Shown: positions 9,770 through 19,288 of the stretch, one piece after another
How the letters are laid out: every line of letters starts with the position of its first letter
Position numbering within the stretch: position 1 is the stretch's first letter
Assembly: GCA_963850905.1 (NCBI GenBank)
Contig: CAWKMU010000003.1
Coordinates: 1,472,001 to 1,536,000 of the forward strand
Origin: an uncultured Gemmatimonadales bacterium
Lineage (GTDB): Bacteria; Gemmatimonadota; Gemmatimonadetes; Gemmatimonadales; Gemmatimonadaceae
Direction of reading: 5' to 3'
DNA length: 64,000 nt
Translations under genes and position numbers: made by a program
Notes under the pieces: model-generated
The model's input: only the letters and a program-made list of their open reading frames with translations
What the model was told of the DNA's origin: nothing
The model's database searches: none

Positions 9770-10693
9770 ATGGACCACCCGGCAGCAGCCCCGCTTCGGA
9801 TCGGTGCGTGGGATGTAGATCCCATCGCCAGCAGCATTGCGCGTAACGGAGAGCGCGTCCGCATCGAAGCGCGGACAATGCGGCTCCTGCTGTACCTCGC
9901 GGAGCGCGCGGGCGAAGTTGTGAGCATCGATGAGCTGCTCAGAGAGGTCTGGTCTGGCGTCATCGTCACGTCGGACTCGGTCTACCAGGCCGTCACATCG
10001 CTCCGCCGTGTGCTTGGTGACGATCCCAAACAGCCCCTGTACATCGCCACGGTGCCGCGTCGCGGCTATCGACTCGTCGCCAAGGTGAACGCTCCGACCG
10101 CCGAGCCAACAGTCGTGACGGCGCCAACGGCATCCCTGCTGGCCCCCCGCGCTGTGCCGATCTCACGTGCGTACTCCTGGCGTCGGCTGGCGCTCGCGAT
10201 TGGGGTCGTGCTGTGCCTCGCGGTTGGTGCTGGGTATGCCCTTCGTGGACAGTTCGTCGCGAAAAGACCCGTGCCCCCGTCCGCGAGCGCGCTCGCGACC
10301 GCCAAGTCCATCGCTGTAGTCCCGTTCATCGACTTGACCGCCGGCATGAGTCACGAGTACTTCGCCGACGGAATGACGGAAGAGATAATCGACAAGCTGA
10401 GCAAGGTCCCGGATCTCCGGGTCGCTGCTCCCACATCGTCGTTCTACCTGAAGGGGAAGCAACTTGCGATCAGCGACATCGCGAAGGCCCTGGGCGTCAT
10501 GTATGTGTTGGACGGAAGCGTCCGCAAGTCGCGCACGACTCTGCGCGTTGCCGCGCGGCTGAGTCGTGCGGACAACGGCTACGTCGTGTGGTCCGAAATC
10601 TATGACCGCCCGGTCGGCGACATGTTGATGATCCAGGACGACATCGCCTCTGCGGTGGCGAAAGCCCTGAGGACTTCGATCGGCAGCGGCTGA
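9770..10693 (+). CDS. CadC/ToxR-like membrane-anchored regulator (OmpR-type winged helix + TM + TolB-N-like domain)
   Basis: LLLYLAERAGEVVS..ELLREVW..SLRRVLGDDPKQPLYIATVPRRGYRL; one TM helix; SIAVVPF..EYFADGMTEEII..VLDGSVRK. Confidence 0.88.
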   Translation: MDHPAAAPLRIGAWDVDPIASSIARNGERVRIEARTMRLLLYLAERAGEVVSIDELLREVWSGVIVTSDSVYQAVTSLRRVLGDDPKQPLYIATVPRRGYRLVAKVNAPTAEPTVVTAPTASLLAPRAVPISRAYSWRRLALAIGVVLCLAVGAGYALRGQFVAKRPVPPSASALATAKSIAVVPFIDLTAGMSHEYFADGMTEEIIDKLSKVPDLRVAAPTSSFYLKGKQLAISDIAKALGVMYVLDGSVRKSRTTLRVAARLSRADNGYVVWSEIYDRPVGDMLMIQDDIASAVAKALRTSIGSG

Positions 10694-10701
10694 TCCGCTG
10701 A

Positions 10702-11181
10702 TTATGCGCTGCCAGCCGGTGCGAACCGCCGCACGCTGTACGCAATCGGCAACCCGACCACGACCATGTGGACGACCAGTCCCAGAATCTCATCTTGCAG
10801 CTCGTAGGGGCCCCTGGCGTGGAGCGCCGACAGTGGCAGGACGACGAGTCGCATGACGAGCTCGACCGCCATTCCAAAGAACAAACCGCACACGAGCGGA
10901 TGGTCGGTCATGAACGGCAATCGGCGACTTGCCACGTAGTAGACGGTTGCCGCCAATGTCGCGATGAAGAAATGCAGAAGGACGCCGAGCGCGTAGGTAC
11001 CGGCGCCTCCCTGGACCGCCTGCCGGCCCAGCAGGCCGCCCGCGATTGTCAGCGGAATGTTCCATCCGAACAGGATGCAGGCCTGTGTAAGGTCCAACGT
11101 CCCGGCGACCAGGCCCCCGGCCGCGATCGCCAACACCGGGTTGTTTTTCTCCAGCGGCCGACCGATGGTGGCTCCAATCAT
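10702..11181 (-). CDS. Four-TM membrane protein of unknown function
   Basis: GAGAGG RBS; four hydrophobic segments; AGGLVAGTLD and GVLLHFFIA motifs. Confidence 0.75.
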   Translation of the reverse strand: MIGATIGRPLEKNNPVLAIAAGGLVAGTLDLTQACILFGWNIPLTIAGGLLGRQAVQGGAGTYALGVLLHFFIATLAATVYYVASRRLPFMTDHPLVCGLFFGMAVELVMRLVVLPLSALHARGPYELQDEILGLVVHMVVVGLPIAYSVRRFAPAGSA

Positions 11182-11249
11182 TGGCGCATCCTCTCTCCCC
11201 GTGTTTCGATCGACCCGCTGCAACGGTACTCGGCGAGCGCGCGGAAGTC

Positions 11250-11285
11250 CTGAATGCCCCCTGAAACACTTTGAAGAAGGCTGAA
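11250..11285. promoter_or_regulatory. Helically phased YTGAA direct repeats (candidate winged-helix operator)
   Basis: YTGAA at 11250, 11261, 11271 and 11281 in a divergent intergenic region. Confidence 0.5.
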
Positions 11286-11419
11286 ATCATCGGGTCCGCC
11301 AGGCCAGCCCCCGCGACTCTCTTTCCAAACGGCACCGCAGGCGCCATGATCTGCGGCGGTCGCGCACGGCCACTACGTCCGGTGGTGCGCGTGTCCCTCA
11401 CATGATGCGGAGCGCTGCC

Positions 11420-13492
11420 ATGCCGACCGGCCCTCGATCCGGAGTCCTCGCCCTCGTCTTGTCCATCGCAGTTGCCCAGGGGGTCGAGGGTCAATCGCCG
11501 CGGGCCATGACGTTGATCGACTTCATGAGCATCCCGACCGTTAGCGACCCGCGTCTCTCGCCCGACGGGCACGAGATTGTCTTCGTCCGGTCGGAGCCGA
11601 ACTGGAAGACCGACAGGCGGGTGGGCCACGTGTGGCGGATCAACGCTGATGGCTCCGGCCTCGTCCAAATGAGCAACGGCGCCGAGGGCGAGAGTAGTCC
11701 GCGCTGGTCACCGGACGGGAAGACGATCGCCTTCGTCGCCAAACGGGGGACGGATCGCGACAGCGTCGCCCAGGTGTTCCTGATTGCCCGTGACGGCGGG
11801 GAAGCCCAACCGCTCACCAGCCACGCGACGGCCGTCTCATCGATCACATGGTCTCCTGACGGTGCGTTGATCTACTTCCGTGCGCCGGAGCCGAAGTCGG
11901 ACCAGCAAAGGGCACGGGAGAAGGCCAAGGACGACGTGTTCATGTTCGACGAGAACTATCAGCAAGACCACCTGTGGACCGTCATCGTCGCGAGCAAGGC
12001 CGAGCGCCGTATTACCGGAGGGGACTATTCGGTGCTGTCGTATACGCTTTCCGAGGACGGGAAGCGCATCGCCCTCCATCGCGGGCCCACTCCGCTCCTA
12101 GGCGATGATGCGCTCAGCGAAGTCTGGGTCATGGACGCCGACGGCTCCAACGCCCGGCAACTCACCCATAACAATGTCCCCGAGGGTGGCGCGACGCTCT
12201 CGCCGGATGGCTCGCACATCCTCTTCCTGGCGCAGGCGAACCAGCAGTTCGAGCCGTACTACAACCGCAAGATTTTCGTCGCGTCCTTGAACGGCGGCGA
12301 CCCACGCGTGCTGATGCCTGATGTGCCCTACGAAGTCGAGCGGGCCGAATGGTCTCGCGACGGGCAGTCGATCTACTTCGTCGCGAACATGGGCGTGCAC
12401 AGCGAGCTGTTCAAAGTGGCGCTTTCCTCGGGAAAGCCCGAGCAATTGACGAAGGGAGATCACGCACTTGGCGACTGGACATGGTCCAATGCCGCCAACG
12501 CCCACGTCTTCACGTTGCACGAGATGACGAGCCCGGGAGAGGTGTGGCTGCTTCGGGCGGACGCGACGGCGCCGCAGAAAGTGACCAGCGTATTCGACTA
12601 CCTGCCACGGCAGTTCCGCCTGCCTCGCCAGGTGCGCGTCGACTGGAAAGGAGCCGACGGCGTCACGGTCGAGGGACTGTTGATGTATCCCCTGGATTAT
12701 GAGGCCGGACATCGCTACCCGCTCGTCGTCCAGACGCATGGCGGCCCGCAAGCGTCGGACAAGTTCGGGCTTGGCGGGACCCAGAACTATCTGCCGGTGC
12801 TCGCAGCCCGCGGATACGCGGTGCTGCAGCCCAACTATCGCGGTAGCACAGGCTACGGCGACGCGTTCACGCGTGACATGGTCGGGCACTACTTCAAGAA
12901 CGCGCACCTCGATGTGCTGGCCGGCGTGGACTATCTGATCAAGACGGGCGTCGCGGACTCCGCGCACCTCATCAAGATGGGATGGAGTGGTGGCGGACAC
13001 ATGACGAACAAGATCATCACCTATACCACTCGCTTCAAAGCGGCATCGTCCGGCGCGGGTGCGGCGGACTGGGTTTCGATGTACGCGCAAAGCGACGTGC
13101 GCAGCTACCGCACGCCATGGTTTGGCGGCACGCCGTGGCAGAAGGATGCGCCGATCAGTGTCTACTGGGACAATTCTCCGCTGAAGGATGTCTGGAAGGT
13201 GAAGACGCCCACGATCTTCCTCGTCGGGCAGAACGACCAGCGCGTGCCGGAGCCCCAATCGGTGGAGATGTACCGCGCCCTCAAGAGCAATGGCGTCCCG
13301 ACGCACCTGTACGTCGCTCCGCGCGAGCCACATGGGTGGGAGGAGCTCAGGCACGTTCTGTTCAAGATGAACGTGGAGCTGGACTGGTTCGAGACCCAGG
13401 CGATGCATCGTGCCTATGTCTGGGACAAAGCTCCCGGAGACAGTACATCGGACGTGACCGCCGCGGCGAAGAGGACAGCAGCTGGCGACTGA
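11420..13492 (+). CDS. S9 family peptidase (acylaminoacyl/dipeptidyl peptidase-like)
   Basis: Signal peptide; PD40 repeats (WSPDG); HGGP, NYRGSTGYG, GWSGGG, DQRVP and catalytic His in EPHG. Confidence 0.92.
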   Translation: MPTGPRSGVLALVLSIAVAQGVEGQSPRAMTLIDFMSIPTVSDPRLSPDGHEIVFVRSEPNWKTDRRVGHVWRINADGSGLVQMSNGAEGESSPRWSPDGKTIAFVAKRGTDRDSVAQVFLIARDGGEAQPLTSHATAVSSITWSPDGALIYFRAPEPKSDQQRAREKAKDDVFMFDENYQQDHLWTVIVASKAERRITGGDYSVLSYTLSEDGKRIALHRGPTPLLGDDALSEVWVMDADGSNARQLTHNNVPEGGATLSPDGSHILFLAQANQQFEPYYNRKIFVASLNGGDPRVLMPDVPYEVERAEWSRDGQSIYFVANMGVHSELFKVALSSGKPEQLTKGDHALGDWTWSNAANAHVFTLHEMTSPGEVWLLRADATAPQKVTSVFDYLPRQFRLPRQVRVDWKGADGVTVEGLLMYPLDYEAGHRYPLVVQTHGGPQASDKFGLGGTQNYLPVLAARGYAVLQPNYRGSTGYGDAFTRDMVGHYFKNAHLDVLAGVDYLIKTGVADSAHLIKMGWSGGGHMTNKIITYTTRFKAASSGAGAADWVSMYAQSDVRSYRTPWFGGTPWQKDAPISVYWDNSPLKDVWKVKTPTIFLVGQNDQRVPEPQSVEMYRALKSNGVPTHLYVAPREPHGWEELRHVLFKMNVELDWFETQAMHRAYVWDKAPGDSTSDVTAAAKRTAAGD

Positions 13493-13501
13493 AGCGTGGC
13501 C

Positions 13502-14095
13502 CTATTGAGCGCCGCGCCTCATCATCCACAACACGTCCCAGTACCTGCCGAACTTGCGGCCGACCTCGGGGAAGGTGCCGATGGCGCTGAAGCCGAACCG
13601 CTCGTGGAGAGCGTTCGATGCCGCATTGGGCTGCGCGATCCCGGCGACAATGCACCGCACGTCCTCCGCCTCGAGCAGCGGAAACAACTCTCGATAGAGC
13701 TGGGTCCCGATTCCTCTCCCGATCGCCTCGGGGCGGCAGGCGATGGTAGCCTCGACGGTCGTCTCGTAAGCTTCCTTGGGGCGAAACGGCCCGGTCCCCG
13801 CGTATCCGACGAGATGACCAGGGGCGTCTTCGGCAACGAGCAAACGGTGGCGCTGTCCATCGGCGTGGTCGTGAAACCAGGCGACCCGCTGCTCGACAGA
13901 AAAGGGGCGCACGTCGAATGTGGTGTGCGCGTTCACCACGTAGTGGTTGTAGATCTCCGTGAGCTGTGGCAGGTCCGCGAACACTGCCGGTCGGATATGG
14001 AGAGAGGGCAGAGGACCGTCCCGGTATGGGGTCGGGTAGCACGAAGCCCACAGGCCGATCTGGCGGGTCGCGCCCGGCCATAGCAGTTGGCTCAC
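13502..14095 (-). CDS. GNAT N-acetyltransferase, phosphinothricin acetyltransferase (YncA-like) family; start uncertain
   Basis: EIYNHYV, GRGIG, NAASNALHERFGF and VGRKFGRYWD motifs. Confidence 0.88.
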   Translation of the reverse strand: MSQLLWPGATRQIGLWASCYPTPYRDGPLPSLHIRPAVFADLPQLTEIYNHYVVNAHTTFDVRPFSVEQRVAWFHDHADGQRHRLLVAEDAPGHLVGYAGTGPFRPKEAYETTVEATIACRPEAIGRGIGTQLYRELFPLLEAEDVRCIVAGIAQPNAASNALHERFGFSAIGTFPEVGRKFGRYWDVLWMMRRGAQ

Positions 14096-14250
14096 CTGAT
14101 CCGGGATCTATCGGCGGCGACGTTTGGGCGCAACTTCTTGCCCGTTGGCCCGACGCGATGGCCGGTTACGGGCCGCCTGGTCGGAGTGGCTTGCGGGTGT
14201 TGTCGAGGCGGACTGGCTTGGAGAGAACGATTCACAAGGGGTGGAACCCG

Positions 14251-16446
14251 ATGGGATTCTGTATTCGTGCAACGGCGCGACCACGGTTTTTTGCGTCGGC
14301 ATTGCTAGCGGCAGCGTCGATCGGCTGTACGCGGACGTCGCACCCACCGGGGGACGTGACGTCGGCGCGGCTCGCTGCCGCGGATGAGGGCTCGGAGAAC
14401 TGGCTCACCCTCGGGCGTGACGGCCGCCAGGACTATTTCTCGCCGCTCGCGTCGATCGACAAGGGCAACGTCGGTCGTCTCGGATTTGCGTGGGCCTATG
14501 ACCTCGGCACCTCCCGCGGGCAAGAGGCGACGCCGATTGTGGTGGACGGGGTGATGTACACGTCCGGCTACGTCGGCATCGTGTACGCGATCGACGCGGC
14601 GACAGGCAAAGAGATCTGGCGGTTTGATCCTCACGTGACGGATGAGTTCATCCGCAACCCGTGCTGCGACGCCGTCAATCGCGGGGTCGCCGTCTGGCAG
14701 GGGCGCGTCTACGTCGCTTCGGTGGACGGTCGGCTGCACGCCCTCGATGCGGCAACCGGGAAAGAGGTCTGGGTGGTCGACACCTTTGTCGATCACGACC
14801 GCTCGTACTCCAGCACCGGCGCTCCAATCGTCGCTCACAACGTCGTCGTCATCGGGAACAGTGGCGGCGACATGGATCGTGGCGCCGTGCGTGGCTACGT
14901 GTCGGCGTACGACCTGGCGACCGGCGCGCTCAAGTGGCGCTTTTTCACGGTGCCTCCCGCACCCGGTAAGCCGCTCGAGCATCCAGAGCTCGCGTTGGCG
15001 GCGAAGAGCTGGGCGCCCGGGCGTAGTGCCGAGTTTGCCGGCGGTGCCACCGTTTGGGACGGGATGAGCTACGACCCCGATCTCAATCTTCTCTATTTCG
15101 GGACCGGCAACGCCGCGCCCTACGACGTGCGCAAGCTGGGCGCCGGCAACGGTGACATGCTCTTCGCGTGCTCGATCGTGGCTGTGAATCCCGATAGCGG
15201 CACGATGGCCTGGTACTATCAGGCAACGCCGGGCGACAAGTGGGACTACGACGCGTCGCAAAAGCTGACGTTGGCGGACCTCGTGATCGATGGAAAGACT
15301 CGCCAGGTGATCATGCAGGCCAACAAGAACGGCTTTTTCTACGTCCTGGACCGCAAGACGGGGGAGCTTCTCTCGGCGAAAAATTTCGCCTTCGTCAATT
15401 GGGCGTCAGGAGTCGATCGGAAAACGGGGCGGCCGACACTTACGCCCCAGGCCGAATATTACGGCAAGCCGAGTGACATCTACCCATCGGCCGTCGGCGC
15501 GCACACGTGGCAGCCGATGTCGTACGACCCGCAGACAAAGCTGGTCTACATTCCCGTCATCGACATGGGGAACCTGCTCTTCGATCTCGAGAGCAACGGT
15601 GGAAGGATGAAGTACGTGAATGGCACGTTCACGATCGGGATGATCACGCCGGACGACAGCTACGATCCCGCTTCGATCAAGTCACTCTATGGACCCCTGC
15701 CCGATCTCCAGGCGGTTCGTGCAGAGCGGCCGGGCCAGAAACTCGTGCGCGAGTTCATCCGGGCCTGGGATCCAGTGGCCCAAGCGGCCGTCTGGGAGCA
15801 CGACGTCTCCTCGGGAACGTTTCGACCCGAGGGGGGCATCCTGAGCACCGCGGGCAACCTCGTGTTTCAGGGTCACAGTACCGGGGACCTCGCCGTGTAC
15901 GGCGCGGACAGTGGCCGGGAGCTCAAGGCGATCGCGACTGGTAGCCATATCATGGCCGCGCCCATCACCTATGCGGTCAATGGAGTGCAGTATGTCGCGG
16001 TGCAGACAGGATACGGCGGGAGTGTGATGACAATGGGACCGATCCCGCCCGGCAGCGCCGAGCACACGTATAGCAACGAGAACCGAATCCTGGTGTTCAA
16101 ACTGGATGGCGGCCCCGTACCAATGCCGCCGCTTCGTCCGGCGGAGCTGTTCCCGGCACCGCCGCCAATCAAGGCGAGTCGGGCCGAGCTCGAACGCGGC
16201 GAGAGCAAGTTCATCGAGCAGTGCAGTCGGTGCCACGTGTTCGGGCCGAGCGTCACACCGGACCTCCGCAAGCTGACCCCGCCTCTCCACGCCGCCTTCA
16301 AGGACATCGTGTTGAACGGCACGCTTGCGTCGCAGGGCATGGAGAAGTTCGGCGACCTTGTCAGCCCGGCCGACGTCAATGCGATCCACGCCTACCTGGT
16401 TGACCTGCAGCGACAGGGGTACGCTGCGCAGCAGCGGTCGCAATAG
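14251..16446 (+). CDS. PQQ-dependent quinohemoprotein dehydrogenase (type II ADH-like) with C-terminal cytochrome c
   Basis: RGQEATPIVVDG, vicinal CC (NPCCDAVNRG), GTGN, WDYD, KNGFFYVLDR and heme motif CSRCH; lipobox-like SIGC. Confidence 0.93.
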   Translation: MGFCIRATARPRFFASALLAAASIGCTRTSHPPGDVTSARLAAADEGSENWLTLGRDGRQDYFSPLASIDKGNVGRLGFAWAYDLGTSRGQEATPIVVDGVMYTSGYVGIVYAIDAATGKEIWRFDPHVTDEFIRNPCCDAVNRGVAVWQGRVYVASVDGRLHALDAATGKEVWVVDTFVDHDRSYSSTGAPIVAHNVVVIGNSGGDMDRGAVRGYVSAYDLATGALKWRFFTVPPAPGKPLEHPELALAAKSWAPGRSAEFAGGATVWDGMSYDPDLNLLYFGTGNAAPYDVRKLGAGNGDMLFACSIVAVNPDSGTMAWYYQATPGDKWDYDASQKLTLADLVIDGKTRQVIMQANKNGFFYVLDRKTGELLSAKNFAFVNWASGVDRKTGRPTLTPQAEYYGKPSDIYPSAVGAHTWQPMSYDPQTKLVYIPVIDMGNLLFDLESNGGRMKYVNGTFTIGMITPDDSYDPASIKSLYGPLPDLQAVRAERPGQKLVREFIRAWDPVAQAAVWEHDVSSGTFRPEGGILSTAGNLVFQGHSTGDLAVYGADSGRELKAIATGSHIMAAPITYAVNGVQYVAVQTGYGGSVMTMGPIPPGSAEHTYSNENRILVFKLDGGPVPMPPLRPAELFPAPPPIKASRAELERGESKFIEQCSRCHVFGPSVTPDLRKLTPPLHAAFKDIVLNGTLASQGMEKFGDLVSPADVNAIHAYLVDLQRQGYAAQQRSQ

Positions 16447-16463
16447 GCGGGCGAGGAGGTCAG

Positions 16464-16862
16464 GTGTTGGAGCTGCCGTATCGCGGGCTGGATGGTCGAT
16501 TCGTGTGTCTCGAGCCATTCGCGCCGGAGCTGAAGGAAGAGGTACGATTGGCGATCGACTGCGACCCCGAGACATGGGCGATCATGCCCCACAACGGCAT
16601 GGGCGTTCACTTTGAGAGCTACTGGGCCGAGCTCTGCACCATGAGCCATTTCATGTCGTACGCCATTCGCCGCCGTGCGGACAGACGGGTGGTCGGGTCG
16701 GTCGCGAAGCTCGGTGCCGTCCGGGAGGGCGTCTTGCGACACGACCGGCGCACCTGGACCGGGTACCTGCGTGATAGTGTCGTGTTCTCGATCCTCGATC
16801 ATGACTGGCCGGCTGTCAGGGCGGCTCTGGAGCACCGACTTGCGGCACACCGTGAGTGCTAG
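16464..16862 (+). pseudogene. RimJ/RimL-type GNAT acetyltransferase with an in-frame internal deletion
   Basis: N-terminal half (..RRRADRRVVG) runs directly into the C-terminal motif (VAKLGAVREGVLR..RDSVVFSIL..DWP). The central EIG/acetyl-CoA-binding region expected for this family is absent. Confidence 0.6.
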
Positions 16863-16919
16863 TGAGCCGCATTCCGCCCCGGGTGGCCGCCATCACTCCC
16901 TCGTGAGCGTCGCTCGGTG

Positions 16920-17897
16920 ATGCACCGTGCCGCCGCGCTTCCCCTCGTCCTCTTGGCGGTCGCCTCGATCGCCGAGGGCTATCGGTCGGGACACAACGCA
17001 CGTGTCATCGCGAGAGGCCCGACACAGGACACGTCGGGTACGCCAAAGTGGTGCGCAGCGCAGCCAAGACCGCAATACGCGTCCCTCACGCGAGTCCCGG
17101 TACGCTCGACGTGGTTCGAGGTGTACCAGGTCGATCCTGGCGTGTACGCCATTTACGAGCCGCATCAGTGGGAAGAGGTCATCTCATACCTGATCGTCGG
17201 CAGCGATCGGGCGCTGCTGTTCGATACCGGTATGGGCATCGCGGATATTCGCGCGGTGGCCGAGCAGCTGACACGGCTCCCGATCGAGGTGATGAACTCG
17301 CACACGCACCCTGACCACATCGGCGGCAACTGGGAATTCGATCGGATTCTCGGGCTCGACACACAGTACACCCGGGACAACGCTGCCGGGTCCTCGCACG
17401 CGGCCGTCGCCGGCGAGGTCACTGCTGACCATTTCTGTGCTCCACCACCAGCCGGCTTCGATACGGCAAGCTACCGGACTCGCCCATTCCGCATCACGCA
17501 AACGGTTGCCGACGGCTCGGTGATCGCGCTCGGCGGCCGACAGCTCGCGGTCTTGCACATTCCTGGGCACGCGCCTGACGCCGTCGCGCTGTTCGACGCC
17601 GAGCATGGCGAGTTGTTTACCGGTGACACGTTTTACGAGGGGCCTATCTTCGTGTTTGCCCGAGGGGCCGACTTCGCGGCGTTCACGCGATCGGCAGAGC
17701 GGCTGGCGACACTCGTGCCTCGCCTGCGCAAGCTCCTCACGGCGCACAACATTGCAGTGTCCAACCCCGCGCTGCTGCTTCGCTTACGAGACGCGGTCCA
17801 TGCCATTGGACGCGGCGCCGTGACGGGCACAACCGACAACGGCATCGTGACCTACGGTTTCGGCGCCTTCTCCGTCATGGTGAGAAAGCGAGCCTAG
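16920..17897 (+). CDS. Secreted MBL-fold metallo-hydrolase
   Basis: Signal peptide; FDTG, HTHPDHIGG, PGH and FTGD motifs. Confidence 0.9.
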   Translation: MHRAAALPLVLLAVASIAEGYRSGHNARVIARGPTQDTSGTPKWCAAQPRPQYASLTRVPVRSTWFEVYQVDPGVYAIYEPHQWEEVISYLIVGSDRALLFDTGMGIADIRAVAEQLTRLPIEVMNSHTHPDHIGGNWEFDRILGLDTQYTRDNAAGSSHAAVAGEVTADHFCAPPPAGFDTASYRTRPFRITQTVADGSVIALGGRQLAVLHIPGHAPDAVALFDAEHGELFTGDTFYEGPIFVFARGADFAAFTRSAERLATLVPRLRKLLTAHNIAVSNPALLLRLRDAVHAIGRGAVTGTTDNGIVTYGFGAFSVMVRKRA

Positions 17898-17997
17898 CGG
17901 CGAATCTCGCGGCGGGACGCCGGGTAACTCGGATTGAGGTGGCGAGGCCGGACGGGCGTTGTAACAGATAACCCGTCACCAATGGTCTAATCTGTAA

Positions 17998-18585
17998 ATG
18001 CCGGCTGAGCACCTGCAGTTCGTGAAGCGATCCGACGAGCAGTTGATGGCTGCCGTCCAGGATGGGGACGGTGCTGCCCTGGGCACGCTGTTCGACCGCC
18101 ACCATCGGGCCATTCACGCAATGTGTGTCCGTCTGAGTCACGACCCCGACTTGGCCGACGACATCGTGCAGGAGGTCTTCCTGCGCGTCTGGCGCTACGC
18201 ACGGAGTTTTCGTGGTCGGTCAATGTTTCGCACCTGGCTCTATCGGTTGACGTACAACGCGTGCTCGGACTTGCAACGGCAGCACGCAAAATGGCAGCGG
18301 CATGCGGAGCTGGACACCCTCCCCTCCGAGCCGCCCTCAGAGGAGTTGGCAAACCGTCATGTCGTTCTCGAAGTGGCACTGTCTCGGCTTTCTCCTGCAC
18401 ATCGGGCGGTGTTAGTGCTCGGTCGGTTTCACGGCCTTGGATACGAAGAGATCGGCCGAATCGTTGGTTGCTCGCCCGGCGCGGCGCGAGTGCGACTCCA
18501 CCGCGCTGTTAACGAGCTTCGTCAGTTGTATTTCGCGCTCGAGGACACATGCACGTCAGCTGCGACGACGTCCGCGCGACGCTGA
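17998..18585 (+). CDS. ECF RNA polymerase sigma factor
   Basis: Region 2 (DDIVQEVFLRVW..FRTWLYR) and region 4 (GYEEIGRIVGCSPGAARVRLHRA). Confidence 0.92.
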   Translation: MPAEHLQFVKRSDEQLMAAVQDGDGAALGTLFDRHHRAIHAMCVRLSHDPDLADDIVQEVFLRVWRYARSFRGRSMFRTWLYRLTYNACSDLQRQHAKWQRHAELDTLPSEPPSEELANRHVVLEVALSRLSPAHRAVLVLGRFHGLGYEEIGRIVGCSPGAARVRLHRAVNELRQLYFALEDTCTSAATTSARR

Positions 18586-19268
18586 TCGAGGCTGTCGCCG
18601 CCGGCAGAACGCCGGCCGACGCTGCAGCGCTCGCCCACATCGAATCGTGCCCTGCCTGCCGGGCAGCGCGCGCCGATTACGAACGGCTTTGGAAGGAGAT
18701 GGGGAGCTTGACGACCCCAGAGCCTGCCCCGGACGCGCGCGCCCGGTTTCGCCGGCGACTGGCCGCTGCAGGCCTCGCCTCCTCTCGTCCGGTGTCCAGC
18801 CGCGCGCTGGCGGCGATGGTGGGGGTTGCCGCTGCAGTAGCTCTCGTTGCCGGCCTCGGTGGGTACCGCTTAGGGGCGCACCAGGCCGGCGAGGGGACGG
18901 ATGTCGCGCAGAGCGCAGCCGCGAGCCCTCAGCCCGCGTTTCTCCTGTTGCTGCATGAGGACTCATCATTCCGTCGCGGCGAGCCATACAAGTCGACGGT
19001 GGCCCTCGCTCACGAGTATTCACATTGGGCCGACGGGCTGCCAGGCGGAGCGTACATCACGTCAGCGCCGCTCATCCGCCACACCGGAATCTGGTTGGGG
19101 GCGCCCCACCAGTCGGTTGCACCAGGTGATTTCGTGGACGGGTACTTCCTGATCCACGCAAAAGACATGGCCGCCGCCCAGCAGATAGCCGAGACGTGCC
19201 CGCACCTGAAGTACGGTGGCCGGATCGAGGTTCACCAGATCGACCGCGCAATCCTGAATTCACTCTGA
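18549..19268 (+). CDS. Zinc-finger anti-sigma factor with TM helix and C-terminal YCII-like domain
   Basis: HIESCPAC (HxxxCxxC); TM segment; C-terminal FLLLL...GYFLIHAKDMAAAQQIAETCPHLKYGGRIEV resembles YCII/DGPF proteins. Confidence 0.8.
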   Translation: MHVSCDDVRATLIEAVAAGRTPADAAALAHIESCPACRAARADYERLWKEMGSLTTPEPAPDARARFRRRLAAAGLASSRPVSSRALAAMVGVAAAVALVAGLGGYRLGAHQAGEGTDVAQSAAASPQPAFLLLLHEDSSFRRGEPYKSTVALAHEYSHWADGLPGGAYITSAPLIRHTGIWLGAPHQSVAPGDFVDGYFLIHAKDMAAAQQIAETCPHLKYGGRIEVHQIDRAILNSL

Positions 19269-19288
19269 GCGCACACAGGAGATCCGCC

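Noticed and set aside
16920..17897. MBL-fold gene, SxxK hydrolase and VanZ as antibiotic-resistance genes
   Set aside because: Fold-level motifs only; these superfamilies are mostly not resistance determinants and there is no mobile context.
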